Shown here: positions 12,751 through 25,700 of the stretch, piece after piece
Position numbering within the stretch: the first letter of the stretch is position 1
Layout: every line of letters starts with the position of its first letter
Assembly (NCBI GenBank): GCA_051294375.1
Contig: CM119264.1
Location: forward strand, 3,205,575 to 3,269,574
Length of the DNA stretch: 64,000 nt
Reading direction: 5' to 3'
From: Paraspadella gotoi
Lineage: Eukaryota; Animalia; Chaetognatha
Made by a program: the position numbers and the translations under genes
The notes under the pieces: generated by a model
What the model was told of the DNA's origin: nothing
The model's input: the letters and a program-made list of their open reading frames with translations, nothing else
Database searches by the model: none

Positions 12751-13371
12751 TAGTGGTAAGTAGGACTAAGCTCTGACAAAAAAAGCCAGAGGTTTTTTTA
12801 ATATATTCTTTTACCGGCCAATGGCAATATTGCTAATGTTAAGTTTTAAAAAAATGCGATCATAAATGTAGAAAATATTAACCAAAATCTTTGGAAAAGA
12901 TTTTCGCCATAGTCATAGAAGATTTTTCCCGAATCTGACTCCCGGTTAAAAACTCTTAGAATTACGATCGTTAGCTCCTCTTTTACTTTTACTTTAAATA
13001 AAAATTTCACCAAAATGGACTAATTCACTTTACCATGATCGTATCATATTAAAATAACTAAATAAAATGTAAAGAAAAATTTTAAGAGGCCTTCAGACAT
13101 ATGGCTATCGGATTCCTGAATTTTAAGTTTATTGTAAAATCACAACATATGTTAAATGCGTTGACATTGTATTGAAGTTGAGAAATCCCTTTATTTTATA
13201 TATAAAAATTGCGTCAAAAATATTTTCCCGAGCGGACCAGTCCATTTGAATCTGATGGTTTGATGTCAAAATGATGGTTATTTGTCAAGAAAAAAAAATG
13301 CGAGCCTTTCAGATGCAACAGGATTGGAATAGAGTGTTTTTACATCTATTTTTTTCCTGAATTTTTCCCAG

Positions 13372-14017
13372 GAGCGTTTACATTGTTATAAAAACTCATT
13401 CTTTTTCATTAAGGAAAAAACTTATTTTGTACAAAATTGGAAATAATGGAACATTTACCCAAACGTCCAAACCCTGCACCTGCAATAGAAATTCCTGCAG
13501 GTGGGAGATTAAAGAATACAATACTATCATCTCTTTTGGTCTGTCAAGTATCAGCTTAGCCTCTTTTGCTGTTAAATCTCGTGATGAACTGGCATCATTT
13601 GTTGGAATAATTGGCCTCATAGAAAGTTGTATTGGTCTTGTTCTTAATATTTATTTCATATATCTTTGGACCCTAAAGACGTCTCTCTGGTTTGCAATTT
13701 TGTCACCATTTGCACTCTTAAGGATTTTTACTTTTTCAGAGTTGAGATACAATCTGTCCCGATTGTTTGGGAAGGATTCTCGAAAAAAGAAACGTATATC
13801 ATTTGTCCAATGTCTTGTAATGATCTCAATGTCTGCTCTAGTAGTCTCTATTTTTTTTAATGAAGATGAGCGCAACACTGTAAATATATTTTCCAAACTA
13901 ATCAATACTACTAAGTCTTTATCTTATAACGAGTTTTGGGCTCAATCTCCGAAAATCATTTATTATTCCAAAACAAAAAAACTTGTATTGTGTAAAAGGT
14001 TCCCATACATCATATAA
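13372..14017 (+). CDS. XK-related protein, coding exon 2 (3' end uncertain)
   Basis: The acceptor ttttcccag|g at 13371/13372 joins exon 1 in frame (..VNDW-SVYIVIK..) and runs into ORF 13427-14017. It contains IISFGLSSISLASF (Xkr-like SxxSLA helix) and further hydrophobic segments. The last ~20 codons overlap a dispersed repeat. Confidence 0.7.
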
Positions 14018-14219
14018 ATTTTTTGAATATTATTTTTTCAAAAAAAAATTTACAGTAAATGCTGCCAACTCTGGACTTTTTGATCAATATCTTTTTAAGC
14101 TTTATTGTTAGAGGGATGAAACCTATTCTATCTTGAAGAGCGGACAAAAATGACTATTCCTTGCATTATAGATTAGGTAGTGTTATGATATTTTAATTAA
14201 TGTTAGTGAAAGATTTTTA

Positions 14220-15468
14220 AACAAGTTTGAGCAAACAATGTCGGATCTGCCCTACGATAATTAATTAATTAATTATTTAATAGATTAATTAATTAATTAT
14301 TAGATTAATTAATTAATTAAGTAAATGTGACTCATATTTTTTTCATTTAAACTCATTTCCACTCGTACGTTTCCTCCGAAACTTTAAATCAAGCTTCGTC
14401 ACACATTTTCCTACCCACACACAAAATTTCAACTCAATCAATCCATCCAATCATGATTAATTAGAGTATTTATTGGTTAAAATAAGTAAAAAGATTTAGT
14501 AATGCGACTTATGTTTTTTCCATTTAAACTCTTTTCACTCTTACGATCCCATCGAAACTTTATATCTAGCTTTATCAACACACTTTCCTACCCACACACA
14601 AAATTTGAACTCATCTATCCATGCAATTATGATTAATTAGAGTATTTATTGGTTAAAATAAGTAAAAAGATTTTAGTAAATGCGACTTATGTTTTTTCCA
14701 TTTAACTTCATTTCCATTCACACGATTCCATCGAAACTTTATATCCAGCTTTATCAAACACTTTCCTACCCACACACAAAATTTTTATCCAATCCAATCT
14801 GCAATCATGAGTTATTGGAGCTTTTTGCTGAGGTGGGATGGATGGACGGATTGATTGACTGATTAATGAATTATTGATTAATTAATTGACTAATTGATTA
14901 ATTAACTGATTAATTATTTGATTTACTAATACATCCTGCATATACATTTAATATAAAAAGAAAAAGAAGCATAATCAATTAGTGAAACAGGTTTTTGTTT
15001 TTTTTCCATTTAAACTCATTTCCACTCAAAAATTTATCGAAACTTGTTTTCCTGTTCAATCACCCACTTTCCTACCCACACATAAATTCCAGGCTAATCG
15101 CCCCATCCACTCATGAGCAATTGGTGTTCAAATAGTGAAATATATTTTTTTGTTTTTTCCATTTAAACTCATTTCCACTTGGACGATTTCATCGAAACTT
15201 TATATCCAGCTCAATCACACACTTCCTTACCCACACACAAAATTCTATTCAAATCCATCCATCCAATCACAAGTAATTGGTGTTTTTTGCTAAGGTGGGA
15301 CGGAACGGACGGACGGACGGACGACGGACATCAATTTTTTTGCATAATTTATCATAATTCGATGTTCTGACATGATATAAGTTAGTGCCCGACAATATTG
15401 AGGGGCGGACCTACGGACCGACAAAGTGATTATGGAGTCGGATCTGCTGATAAGCAGATGACTAAAAA
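14220..15468 (-). mobile_element. Apparently full-length HINE family A element
   Basis: One end has a short palindrome (gtttg-ag-caaac) plus the subterminal repeat gtcggatctgc. Inside are about five 170-190-bp core repeats and (GGAC)n. The other end is the hairpin gtcggatctgctgataagcagatgact, and both ends sit in A-runs. This is DINE-1/HINE architecture. Confidence 0.8.
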
Positions 15469-15797
15469 CAAGAACGGTAATTCAAATGTGTTGCGCCGCA
15501 GTGACTGCCTTATCACATGTATTTCTCGTGACATGACATGATATGACATAACATGACGTGACATTAAATGACTACATGATTACAATAACTTTCTTAGCGC
15601 GTATATTTATGACATATACTGATTTAAAAATTCCGTCTTTTATTTCTTTTTAGTTTTAGGATTTCCTCAAGATTGAGGTTTTTGTCTGAACAAAAGAGCA
15701 ACTAACTATAGGCAAATAATATGCATTTTAACGTAAGTGGGACAGACCAACGGATAGACAGACCGACCAAAAAGTGACTCGCGGCGCAACTAAAAAA
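15468..15797 (-). mobile_element. HINE family B element, directly abutting family A
   Basis: Subterminal inverted repeats gttgcgccgc and gcggcgcaac, with (gacat)n and GACA/GACC microsatellites. Related copies lie at 11430-11470, 47930-48032 and 62665-62932. Confidence 0.7.
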
Positions 15798-16233
15798 TGT
15801 GTTGCTGAAAGAATTTTTAAAAAAGGATTATCCGATGAAAATTATAAAAATCTATCACACAAATAATTATTTTTATTTAATACAGGGTCTTCAATCTGGA
15901 CTGAAACGAAAAGACTTGTAATATAATCGAAATAAAGAGCATTCCGGTTATAAATTTTTTTCAGTATAAAATAAAAGAAAATATTGACAAGTGTGACTAA
16001 ATGTTTAAAATCGATGAAATGAGACCAAAAGGGTAATAATAATGAAAGTTCAGCAACTGAAATAAGAGTTGCTTGACGCTTGCCGGGTGGAGAAAACAAA
16101 ATAATTAGTCATCTTGATATCATAATATGGTGCTAAAAAATCTAGTTATACCATTTTTTTGTTCATTACCTGTATGCTGTGTCAAGCTTGTTTTCCAGAA
16201 CTAACTTGAATTAATATTTGTGTTTGCATAATC

Positions 16234-16699
16234 ACAGATCTTGTCTCTCAAGGGTGTCAAAGACTGTGTAAAATATATCAGGCTTGCTTGGTCAATATAA
16301 AAATTAAACCAACTATTTTTGCATTAAACCTGTACCCTATAGCAAACATAATTTTTAAAATTAGTCTTCAGTCTAAGACGGGTATCCCTTTTTTTGATTG
16401 CCAGTCGAGTAAATGAATACAGCAATAAAAGCATAGACAAAAAAACATATTTTGTAGTTTAAGGTTTTTAGGTTTTACAAGATGCTCTATATGAATATCA
16501 AATTAAAAAAAATATATATTTTAACTATTCTATGTAAAATTTTTATCCACTATTATCAGCCAGTTAAAAGTTTTGCTTACACTGAAAACTAATTATAAAA
16601 ATTATGTTAGCTACAGGGTACAGGTATAATGCAAAAAAATACCAAGCTTGATATATTTTATCCAGTCTTTGACACCCTTGATTAGGCAAGATCTCTGTA
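16234..16699. mobile_element. MITE with about 140-bp imperfect terminal inverted repeats
   Basis: acagatcttg..caagggtgtcaaagactg..cctgtaccct.. (16234-16378) is inverted at 16577-16699 (..agggtacagg..cagtctttgacacccttg..caagatctctgta). The CTGTA end is Tc1/mariner-like. Confidence 0.75.
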
Positions 16700-17673
16700 C
16701 TATTTTTTCTTTACTCTAAGAAACCTGCGTGTCCCGTTTCTCTTTATCGTAGTTCAAACCTATTAAATAAAAATAATTATTAATGTGATCAATTTTTTTA
16801 AACTTAAAAAAATTATAACTTTTCAACCGATAATCCTGTTTTAAAAATTCTTTCAGCAAAACAAAGGGAATTATCTCTTAATTCTATTAGCCACAAAAAA
16901 TTTTACAAACATTAATTAAAATATCATTTTTTAAAAATTTGACAAAAATTTCCCAAAACAATATGTTTCAAAGAAAAATATACTTAATCAACTTAATCTA
17001 TAATACGAGTTATGTTACATAGTCAATTGTTTCTGCTCTACAATATATATTAGGTTTCATCCCTCTCGCAATAAAGCTTTAAAAGATATTGATCAAAAAG
17101 TCCATTTTGTACCATTTTTTGTGCTTTTTTACAGAGTTGGGAGCATTGACCCATGAGTGACATAAAAAAATGCGTACCATTTCTCATTGGATAAATATTT
17201 TTTAAATATTCTTTCCTCATTCTATAACAAAGTACTTGACGTTTATTACATTTTAATTTCCTGAGATTAATTGATTTTTACTAAGTAAAACAACTTTTCT
17301 TTAATAGTCATCCAATTTCATATTCAGTAAAAAACTGAATATTTAAAAAAAAGAAAATCATTATAAATTAAAATTCATTTACACCATTAAATTAAGAATT
17401 ATCTTGGAATCCTTACGGTAAAAAAGAATTATTCAAAACATCCAAGAACAGGACCCGTTTCATGGCTGCTAGGGGGGGTTTAAGAAGTTGCATATAGTAC
17501 TCTTCAGCCCCACTTAGCGCTTTATCCACACATTTAAAAAAAATTTTCAATAAAATTAAGAACACGCCTAAAATGGTCTTTTTTCGCTAATTTTACTGTG
17601 TTAGATAAAAAATTAAACATGAATTAAACACGAAATAAAACATATATATAAAAATGTCCAGTAGTTCTCCAAT

Positions 17674-18254
17674 AAGGCGTAGTAAAATTCCTAAATTTAA
17701 CTTTAATTAAAATTCTAAAAGTGAGGAACGAACAACATTATACTAATGAACATTTATGTAATAAAAAAATTCATATTAAATTTTACAATTTACGCAGTAG
17801 GCCATATTTATACTAGTACTAAACCAATAAATGTTAAAATTTCAAAATAGTTTTTTCTAAGATTTTTTTGCAGATTTGGATTCGTCATAAAAAGTTGATA
17901 AAAAGAAATATAACTCTTTTTGAAAAATTCATTCATTAACTGGGTCAAAAATTAAAAAAACCTATATTTTAAGCTGAAAATTAATTTTTTATTTATTAAA
18001 TATAGTTTTTTTAATTTTTAACCTACTTAATGAAAGAATTTTTAAAAATGATTTATATTTTCTTTTATCAACTTTTGACAAGGAATTTAAATCTGCAATC
18101 AAAATTAAAAAAAGCCTATTTCGAAATTTTTCGATTTTATAAGGAAAGTACTATATATAAATATATATTTTTTTTACAAATTAATGTTCACTGATGGTAT
18201 GTTGTTCATAATTGACTTTTAGAATTTTCGTATGTAACTTTCACTACGCCTTAA
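17674..18254. mobile_element. Palindromic (foldback) MITE with a TTAA-type terminus, Kolobok-like
   Basis: Ends are aaggcgtagtaaaatt and actttcactacgccttaa, and the arms are inverted along most of the length. Other copies lie at about 19280-19570, 50930-51610 and 56620-57300. Confidence 0.7.
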
Positions 18255-20783
18255 TCTCCAACTAATGATATACTTAAGAAATATATTTATGAAATATTTA
18301 AAGTATAGTAAATATTTTTTTGGTGTCACTCGCGAACAGACACGGGGTACTGTAATTTTTTTTTTTTTAAAAATGTTTAAAAAATTTGTATGATGTATGA
18401 GAACCTTTTACACAATACTGGTTTTTTTATTTAAAATTTTTTATATATTGCAAAGGGTTTTGTTTATATTTTTTCAAATAATTGTTTCAAGAAAACTGGT
18501 ATAATTGATCATAAAAGATGGGAAACAATTGTAACTGCTGACATTATACAATTATGCCGACGAAAAGATAGGTAACATTTTGAAAATTTGGTATAATTAT
18601 TGTACTGCTCATAACGTATATATTATAAAATTGAATTTTTCCTGCCTTTGATCTCCTTTCTCTTACAGTGTGTCCCAATGGTACTGTTAACAGTTAACTT
18701 TTACATATTGTGCGAAACTAGGCGTTTTAACCGATTAACGGTTAACAGTTAATCACCAATTAAAAATAATTTTAACCGATCAATTAATTAGGTAAAATTA
18801 ATTAATTAAGTGAAAAAATGAAGCAATTTGAAAAAACTCTGCTAGTTAAAAAAACTATGCATATTTATTATTGAAAAAATGATGCAAGTTGAAAGATTGT
18901 TGCAAGTTGAAAGAATGATGCAAGTTGAAAGAATAATGCAAGTTTAAAAAATGATGCAAGTTGAAAAATGATGCGAGTTGAAAAAATGATGCAAGTTAAA
19001 AAGTATGCAAGTTGAAAAAAGTATGCAAGTTGAATGGATAGATTGAGATTACATTTTTTGTGTGGGCATGAAAGTGTGTGATTGAGCACAATAAAAAGTT
19101 TCGATGAAATTGAGTAGAGTGATGTGAAAATGATAAAATTTTAGAAAATTCAAATTTAGAATATAAAACATGAAAATAAAAACCAATAAAAATACTTTGG
19201 TAAATTTATTTTTTAATTTTATACATTATTGGCCACCAGTGAGCGATATTTTTATATAGTAATAAGTATATTATAATCTAAAATTTAAAAATACAAATTT
19301 TTAAATTTTAAGATCGGATTTAGATTCCTTGCAAAAAGTTAATATAAGAAAGTATAATTTTTAAAAAAAATTCTTTCATTAAGTTGGTTAAAAATGTCAA
19401 AAATGTATTTAAGATGCCGATTTTCAATTTCGAGCTTAAAAATATAGTTTTTTTATAATTTTAACCTACTTAATAACATAATTTTTGAAAAAGATTTATA
19501 TTTTCTTTTATCAACTTTTAACAAGGAAACTGAATCTGTTCTTAGAATTAAAAAAAAATTTAAAATTTTGACATTATATNNNNNNNNNNNNNNNNNNNNN
19601 NNNNATATACATTATATACTATATTTGTAAAAAAAAAAATACAAATTAGTAATCACTAATATGATATTTTTCAAGATATATTTGCTAAATTTTATTTGAT
19701 TTAAATAAAATTTTGTGTGTTTGGTAGTAAAGTGTGTGATTGAGCTGGATATAAAGTTTCGATGGAATTGAGGAGTGTAAATGAGTTAGCATGGAAAAAT
19801 CCAAAGTCAAGTTGACTTAAATTTTTATTATTTATTATTACCCATAAATGTTTTTTTATTAATTAAATAATTAAATTAATTAATTAAATAATTAAATTAA
19901 TTAATTAATTAAATAATTAAATTAATTAATTAAATAATTAAACTAATTAATTAATTAAATAATTAATTAAAGTGAAAAAATCGTTTAATTTGAAAAAATG
20001 ATGCAAGTTTAAAGTTGTAAATTGAAAAGTTTATTCAAATTGAAAAAAATGATTCAAGTTGAAAAAATGTTGTAGGTTGAAAAAATGATTACCGCTTAAT
20101 TATCATAGGCAGATCCGACATGGTTGGCTCAAACTTGTTTTAACTTGCATGATTTTTTCAACTTGCATAATTTTTTCAACTTGCACATTTTTTAACTTTA
20201 ATTAATTAGTTAATTAAAACTTTTATGGGTAGGCACAAATAATAAAAATACAAGTCAACTTGAACTTCATGCAAACTCATTTCCACTCCTCGATTCCAAA
20301 CGAAATTTTATATCCTGCTCAATCATACAATTTCCTACCCACTAACACAATTTGATTCTATCCATCCAATTATTATTAATTAATGTAATTACGGCTTAAA
20401 ATTAGTAAAAAGATTTTAGTAAATGTTACTCAGCATTAAACTCATGATTGGATTGATGGATTGAAATCAAATTTTGTGTGTTGGTTGGGGAGTGTGTCAT
20501 TGAGCTGGATATAAAGTTTCGATGGAATCGTGTGAGTGAAAATGAGTTTAAATGAAAAAAACAAAAAGTGACATTTACTTTTTTTTTTTACTTTTATTTT
20601 CTTATAATTATCATTGTTATTAAAATTGGATTGATAAATTGAAATGACATTTGTGTAAGGGTAGTTAAGTATGGACTCAAGGTGGATATAAATTTTTGAT
20701 GGAGTCGTCGGTGTGCTAAAGTGTTTAAATTAAAAAACCAAAGTTTGAAGAGAGATTTAACAACGATTTTTATTTCATAGTGA

Positions 20784-20825
20784 AACGGACATGTTTCGAC
20801 TCACATACGAGTCTTCTTCAGCGCC
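20784..20825 (-). ncRNA. Minimal hammerhead ribozyme in the inverted pLTR
   Basis: Exact reverse complement of 21942-21983. Confidence 0.75.
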
Positions 20826-21727
20826 AATTCAATTTGTGAATTTGAAGAGAATTTTGTGCATAAAGAAAGAGAGAGAGAGAGAGAGAGACAGAGCAAAGTT
20901 TCCAACACAGAGTTTGAGAGAAAGGATAGTGTTCAGTTTTTTAGGGACAGGTGAAGGTGAGGACAGAGATAGTTTGTGAAAAGAAATTATTAGAGAGGCA
21001 ATCTACATCAAAGCCCTCGAGCCCTCTTTGAACCGTGATGGAGGACGATTCGATCTCCCTCCAAGCTATGATTCGCTTATCAAAAGCGTGGTGGAGGCCC
21101 GTCTCCACCACGTCCGCACAATGATTCCCCCATCTCCACTCAACGAGATAGGCGGAGACCCTTGCGCAGGCAATGGGCAGACGATACCTCTCCTTCAACT
21201 GCAGCAACTCATTCCCTTCCTCTGTGGACTGAGCGCCGCCCAAAGCGACGGCTGCAGGAGGAAGGGGGGGAGGCCACCACTCCTGTCGCGAAAGTGGCAA
21301 GAATGGACAGCCGCCCACCTCGCCAGCAGGCAAGAAGAGGGCAGTCGGCAGGCGTACCAGGCCAGAGAGACATCCGAGTAGCCTTTGGTTTCTTCCGCAA
21401 GGAAGTCTTCCCAGCTCTGCACTATAGGCTCCACCAACCTGTCCTCTCAGCCAATGACACACCAATGACCCGACCTTATCAATCTAGCTTTTATTTGTTC
21501 ATAACCAAGGGGGGCCAGCTCATTTTTGAGCTCTTTCTTATTACTTGAAATTTCCCTTTTCCTAATTATTAGCTATCCCTCACTAACAATAAATATTTCA
21601 CATTGCTGAACTTCTATTTCATTTCACTAATTTATTACTGTAGCTAATTGTTGATATTATTCATTATTAAAGTTTACCAAATTTTAACATTGTTTGTACA
21701 TTTCATAATGTAATATATTTTAAGGCA

Positions 21728-21773
<46 letters not shown>

Positions 21774-21941
21774 CAATTTCTTTTTCACAAACTATCTCTG
21801 TCCTCACCTTCACCTGTCCCCTAAAAAACTGAACACTATCCTTTCTCTCAAACTCTGTGTTGGAAACTTTGCTCTGTCTCTTCTCTCTCGTCTCTCTCTT
21901 TCTTTATGCACAAAATTCTCTTCAAATTCACAAATTGAATT

Positions 21942-21983
21942 GGCGCTGAAGAAGACTCGTATGTGAGTCGAAACATGTCCGTT
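21942..21983 (+). ncRNA. Minimal type I hammerhead ribozyme of the Penelope pLTR
   Basis: ggcg-CTGAAGA-a-gactc-gtatgt-gagtc-GAAAC-AT-GTC-cgtt: conserved core, 5-bp stem II, palindromic ACATGT stem III and a GUC cleavage triplet. Confidence 0.8.
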
Positions 21984-22241
21984 TCACTATGAAATAAAAA
22001 TCGTTGTTAAATCTCTCTTCAAACTTTGTTCTAAATCAAATCACAACGAAAACAGAAAGGAAAAAAAAAACAATTAAAAAACCAAAATACATATCACTGT
22101 CTATTTTCTCTAATATTGATTGGATTGATTGATAAATTGTTTAATTGATTAATTTATAAAATCTGTCATGATTTTTAAAGTTATGATCTAGTTATGTTTC
22201 CCTCTCTATTTATTTATCGGACATCCCATCTGATAAGCTGC

Positions 22242-22283
<42 letters not shown>

Positions 22284-22457
22284 TATTATTATTATTATTA
22301 CTATCGTAGGCAGATCCGACATGGTTTGCTCAAACTTGTTTTTTCGAATTTTACAATTCAATAAAAAAGCTAAAAAGATTAAATATCTAGGGTATTAATG
22401 AATAAGAAACTTGTTAAGTATTTTTGCTATTAATACAATTTCTTTTCTCTAATTCAG

Positions 22458-23574
22458 TCTTGGATGGACACTTGTTCCAATTCAAACCCACGCAGTCGGA
22501 AATTACAAATTTCTTGAACCTTCTCACTTACGAATTCTTCTGATATTGAACATAGATTTGATTTTGGGCTTCATTTACCTCTTTGTCCTTCTGCTGCAAA
22601 GAAAGCATCGGGAAAAGTTAGCTTTATTGGTCGTCGCTTCACTCTCGCCTTTGAGTGTGGTTGCCCTCAACATCTATGCAACGATCAATCACACTCACGC
22701 ATTCTCAGATTTGGGCTTTACGCAATGCAAAAATTTTAAGTGTGCTGCTGATTTGAATCTCAATTCTCTTTATAGATTAAATGAATTTCAGTATAAAAGC
22801 TTTACAACTTTTACCAAATATTCTTTTTACTTCAATTACATCTTACTTTTGTTCTTCATTTTTGGAGGCCTTTAGCAAAAGGTCTTGGTCAAATTTGTCT
22901 ATGTGGTAATAAACAGTCTATTTTGTTTAATTGGATATAATTTCATTCGGGCTTTCAGTCGCTGGTTTCTTGATGGTGTGTACTCGCGATACAACGCATG
23001 AGACAGAACTAATTTTTAAAATGAAGTTTTATCGACAAAATTTTAAGAATTATTCTTTAGAAAATTGTCATGATGCCATGGTTAGTCTGATCCAGAAAAG
23101 TCAATCTTATTTCATTTATTGTAACATTTCATTTCTGCCTTTGATTATTGGATTGTAGTTGCACTTTTAAAATTAAATATAAAAGATTACATAGATATTG
23201 TAAAAAATTATCATTTATAATCTTTTTTGGTGATACCTCCAGTATTCATTTTCAATGGAAAAAATTTAATCCCAAAAACAAATAGGACCATTATGAAGAT
23301 TTAATTATATTGAATAAAATATTTCCCGAGCCTAAAAATTCTCAAATAGATTTTCTTTCAACTGAGAAACCCTCTTTCTCTTTTCTTTTTTCTATTTTAG
23401 AAAATTAATGCTCTTGATAGGGATAGAGGAGATTATTCAAAAAAAAAACTTAGAACCTGGTATGGTTTTCAAAGAGCTCTTGAATTTTATCAATTTGGAA
23501 ACTCAAAACGATTTTAATATTTTATTTATTTCTGCATGTTTTTTCTAATTCTATGTGGGTTTATATATTTTTGA
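22458..23574 (+). pseudogene. Frameshifted copy of the membrane-protein exon at 28431-29547 (pseudogene or sequencing errors)
   Basis: Same acceptor (ttcag|tcttggatgg) and same sequence. Several single-base indels, often in homopolymers, break the frame. Confidence 0.7.
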
Positions 23575-25201
23575 GTTTTATCTATGAACCAGTAAATATA
23601 AGTTAAAAGTATTATTTATTTTAGCATTAATAACTTTCTATTGTGTTACAAAAATATCGACAGCTCTTACTCTGTATTTAATAAATTATAGGAGATAACA
23701 TATATTATATTGGTTGTACCAATTTCATATTAAAAGTTAAATTTGTAATGAGCTATTTTGTGAAAGCAATAAAGTGGTAAAATGGTAAATGATAAAGAAG
23801 TTAAATATCCCACGCATAATTTTTAGAATTAGATCGCAACAGCATGCGCCATAAAGTTGATTGATGAGCAAATTAAGAACTGCCTTTTTTATAATTGATT
23901 CGTTTTCCAAGATCTTATAAATTATTTTTATTTTGTCTGTAATTTTTTGTCGCACGGCAAAAACTTCTCAAAGCTTCTGCTGCTAAACCTGATACTACAT
24001 AACTAAAAAAAATGTTTACCAAATATTAAAGTACATGGATTTCTTGAATTTTTTTACGAACAATAGACCATAACGTAATTTAAATTAACTAACTTCCTTT
24101 TTCATTTTTCATTTCTCTCTGATTGGATCATTATTATTATGATAATTATTATGATTACGATGAAGTTTTATAAAAGTGTGCAATCATAGTAAGTTAAAAA
24201 TTTAGATTATGGCTTCTCATCTTGAAATAGCTTTGTAATTTTTATATTACATTTAGATTCAATTATTTTTATTAGAATTTCTACTTCATTATGATTTATT
24301 GGCAATATGCAAATGAGAATATTGTACTCATTATATGATCGATAATCCTTTCTTTTTCGTTGTTTATTGATATTAGAGAAACCAAAGTATTTTGAAATTG
24401 TTAACAACAATTTTTATTGAGCCTACCGGCCAAGCCAGTTCAGGCTCGATATTGATTCGGGTCAGCTTCTTTGTGACGTCGTCGTCGTCGGCGTCGTCGT
24501 CATCGTCGTCGACGGCCGTCACGCATTTTTATATAAAAATACTATGCTTTTATAGTTTTGCCTGGGACTTATGGTTTTTTTAAATAAAAATTATTATAAA
24601 TTACAATGAAGTTTTATAAAAGTGTGCGATCATAGTAAGTTAAAAATTTAGATATGGCTTCTCATCTTGAAATAGCTCTGAAATTTTCATATTACATTTA
24701 GATTCAAGTATTTTTTGTTTGAATTTCCACTTCATTATGATTATTACAATATTGCAAATATGATTATAGTACTCATTATACATATCCAAATTAGTATATA
24801 GAAATGCTTTAATCTAATTACATATTTCAGTAAATAATATTGAAGATGAAATTCATAAAAAAAATCTTTAAATCAATAAAAAACATGTGAAATCAAAAGA
24901 CCTTTTTAATGAGAAGCTATATCTTAATTTTAATACAAATAAAGATAAAATCTTTTACAAGCTATGATTGGAAAAAATTGTAAAAATTTTCAATTGTAAA
25001 CAATAGTAACATTTTTTTCTTTCTTTTATTTCTTTAAATTATATATAGATTTTTTCCTATTATTGTCAGTTGCTGCCTTTTCTGAACCCTTTAAAAACGA
25101 GTTCTGGCTCTGCAGTGACTGTTCAGCTGCCCTCGCAGCGGCTGTCCAGCTTTCTCTCTCTTTCTCTCTCTGTCTCTGTCTGTCTCTCTTTTTCTCTTTC
25201 T

Positions 25202-25239
<38 letters not shown>

Positions 25240-25444
25240 CGATCTCTTGCGTGATCGTTTTTTTTTAAATTTTAATTATTTTTTCCTTTTAAAACTTTTA
25301 TTATCGACATTTTATTCCGCGCTTTTTTCTCAATGCAATATCCCAAATTTACATCCAAGATTTTCGTGGATTTATTCTCTTTCTTTTTCTCTCTCTTTCT
25401 CTCTCTCTTTCACTCATACACGCATTTGTTTGTTTTATTTATGA

Positions 25445-25700
25445 TGAATGATTCATCAATGACTATCATCGCATCAATGAATGACTATCATCGTATCAAT
25501 CATTTGGTTAGCATCACATCAATCATTTGGTTATCATCGCATCAATTATTGGTTATCATTGCATCAATATTTGGTTATCATCGCATCAATATTTGGTTAT
25601 CATCCGCGTCAATAATTGGTTATCATCGCATCAATAATCAATTCCTATACATCAATAAATTTCTATTACATCAATAATTCCTTATCGCATCAATCATTTG
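25445..25700 (+). repeat. About 22-bp minisatellite (ttggttatcatcgcatcaatat)n, with a second copy at about 31395-31650
   Basis: Tandem units are directly visible. Confidence 0.8.

Larger units (their letters stand above)
20743..22071 (+). mobile_element. 5'-truncated Penelope-like retroelement with inverted pLTR and 15-bp target-site duplication
   Basis: From about 20983 it encodes EIIREAIYIKALEPSLNRDGGRFDLPPSYDSLI, a typical Penelope GIY-YIG endonuclease C-terminus. About 250-bp inverted repeats lie at 20739-20988 and 21775-22028. The TSD aattaaaaaaccaaa is at 20728-20742 and 22072-22086; the empty site is at about 28034-28048. Confidence 0.92.
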
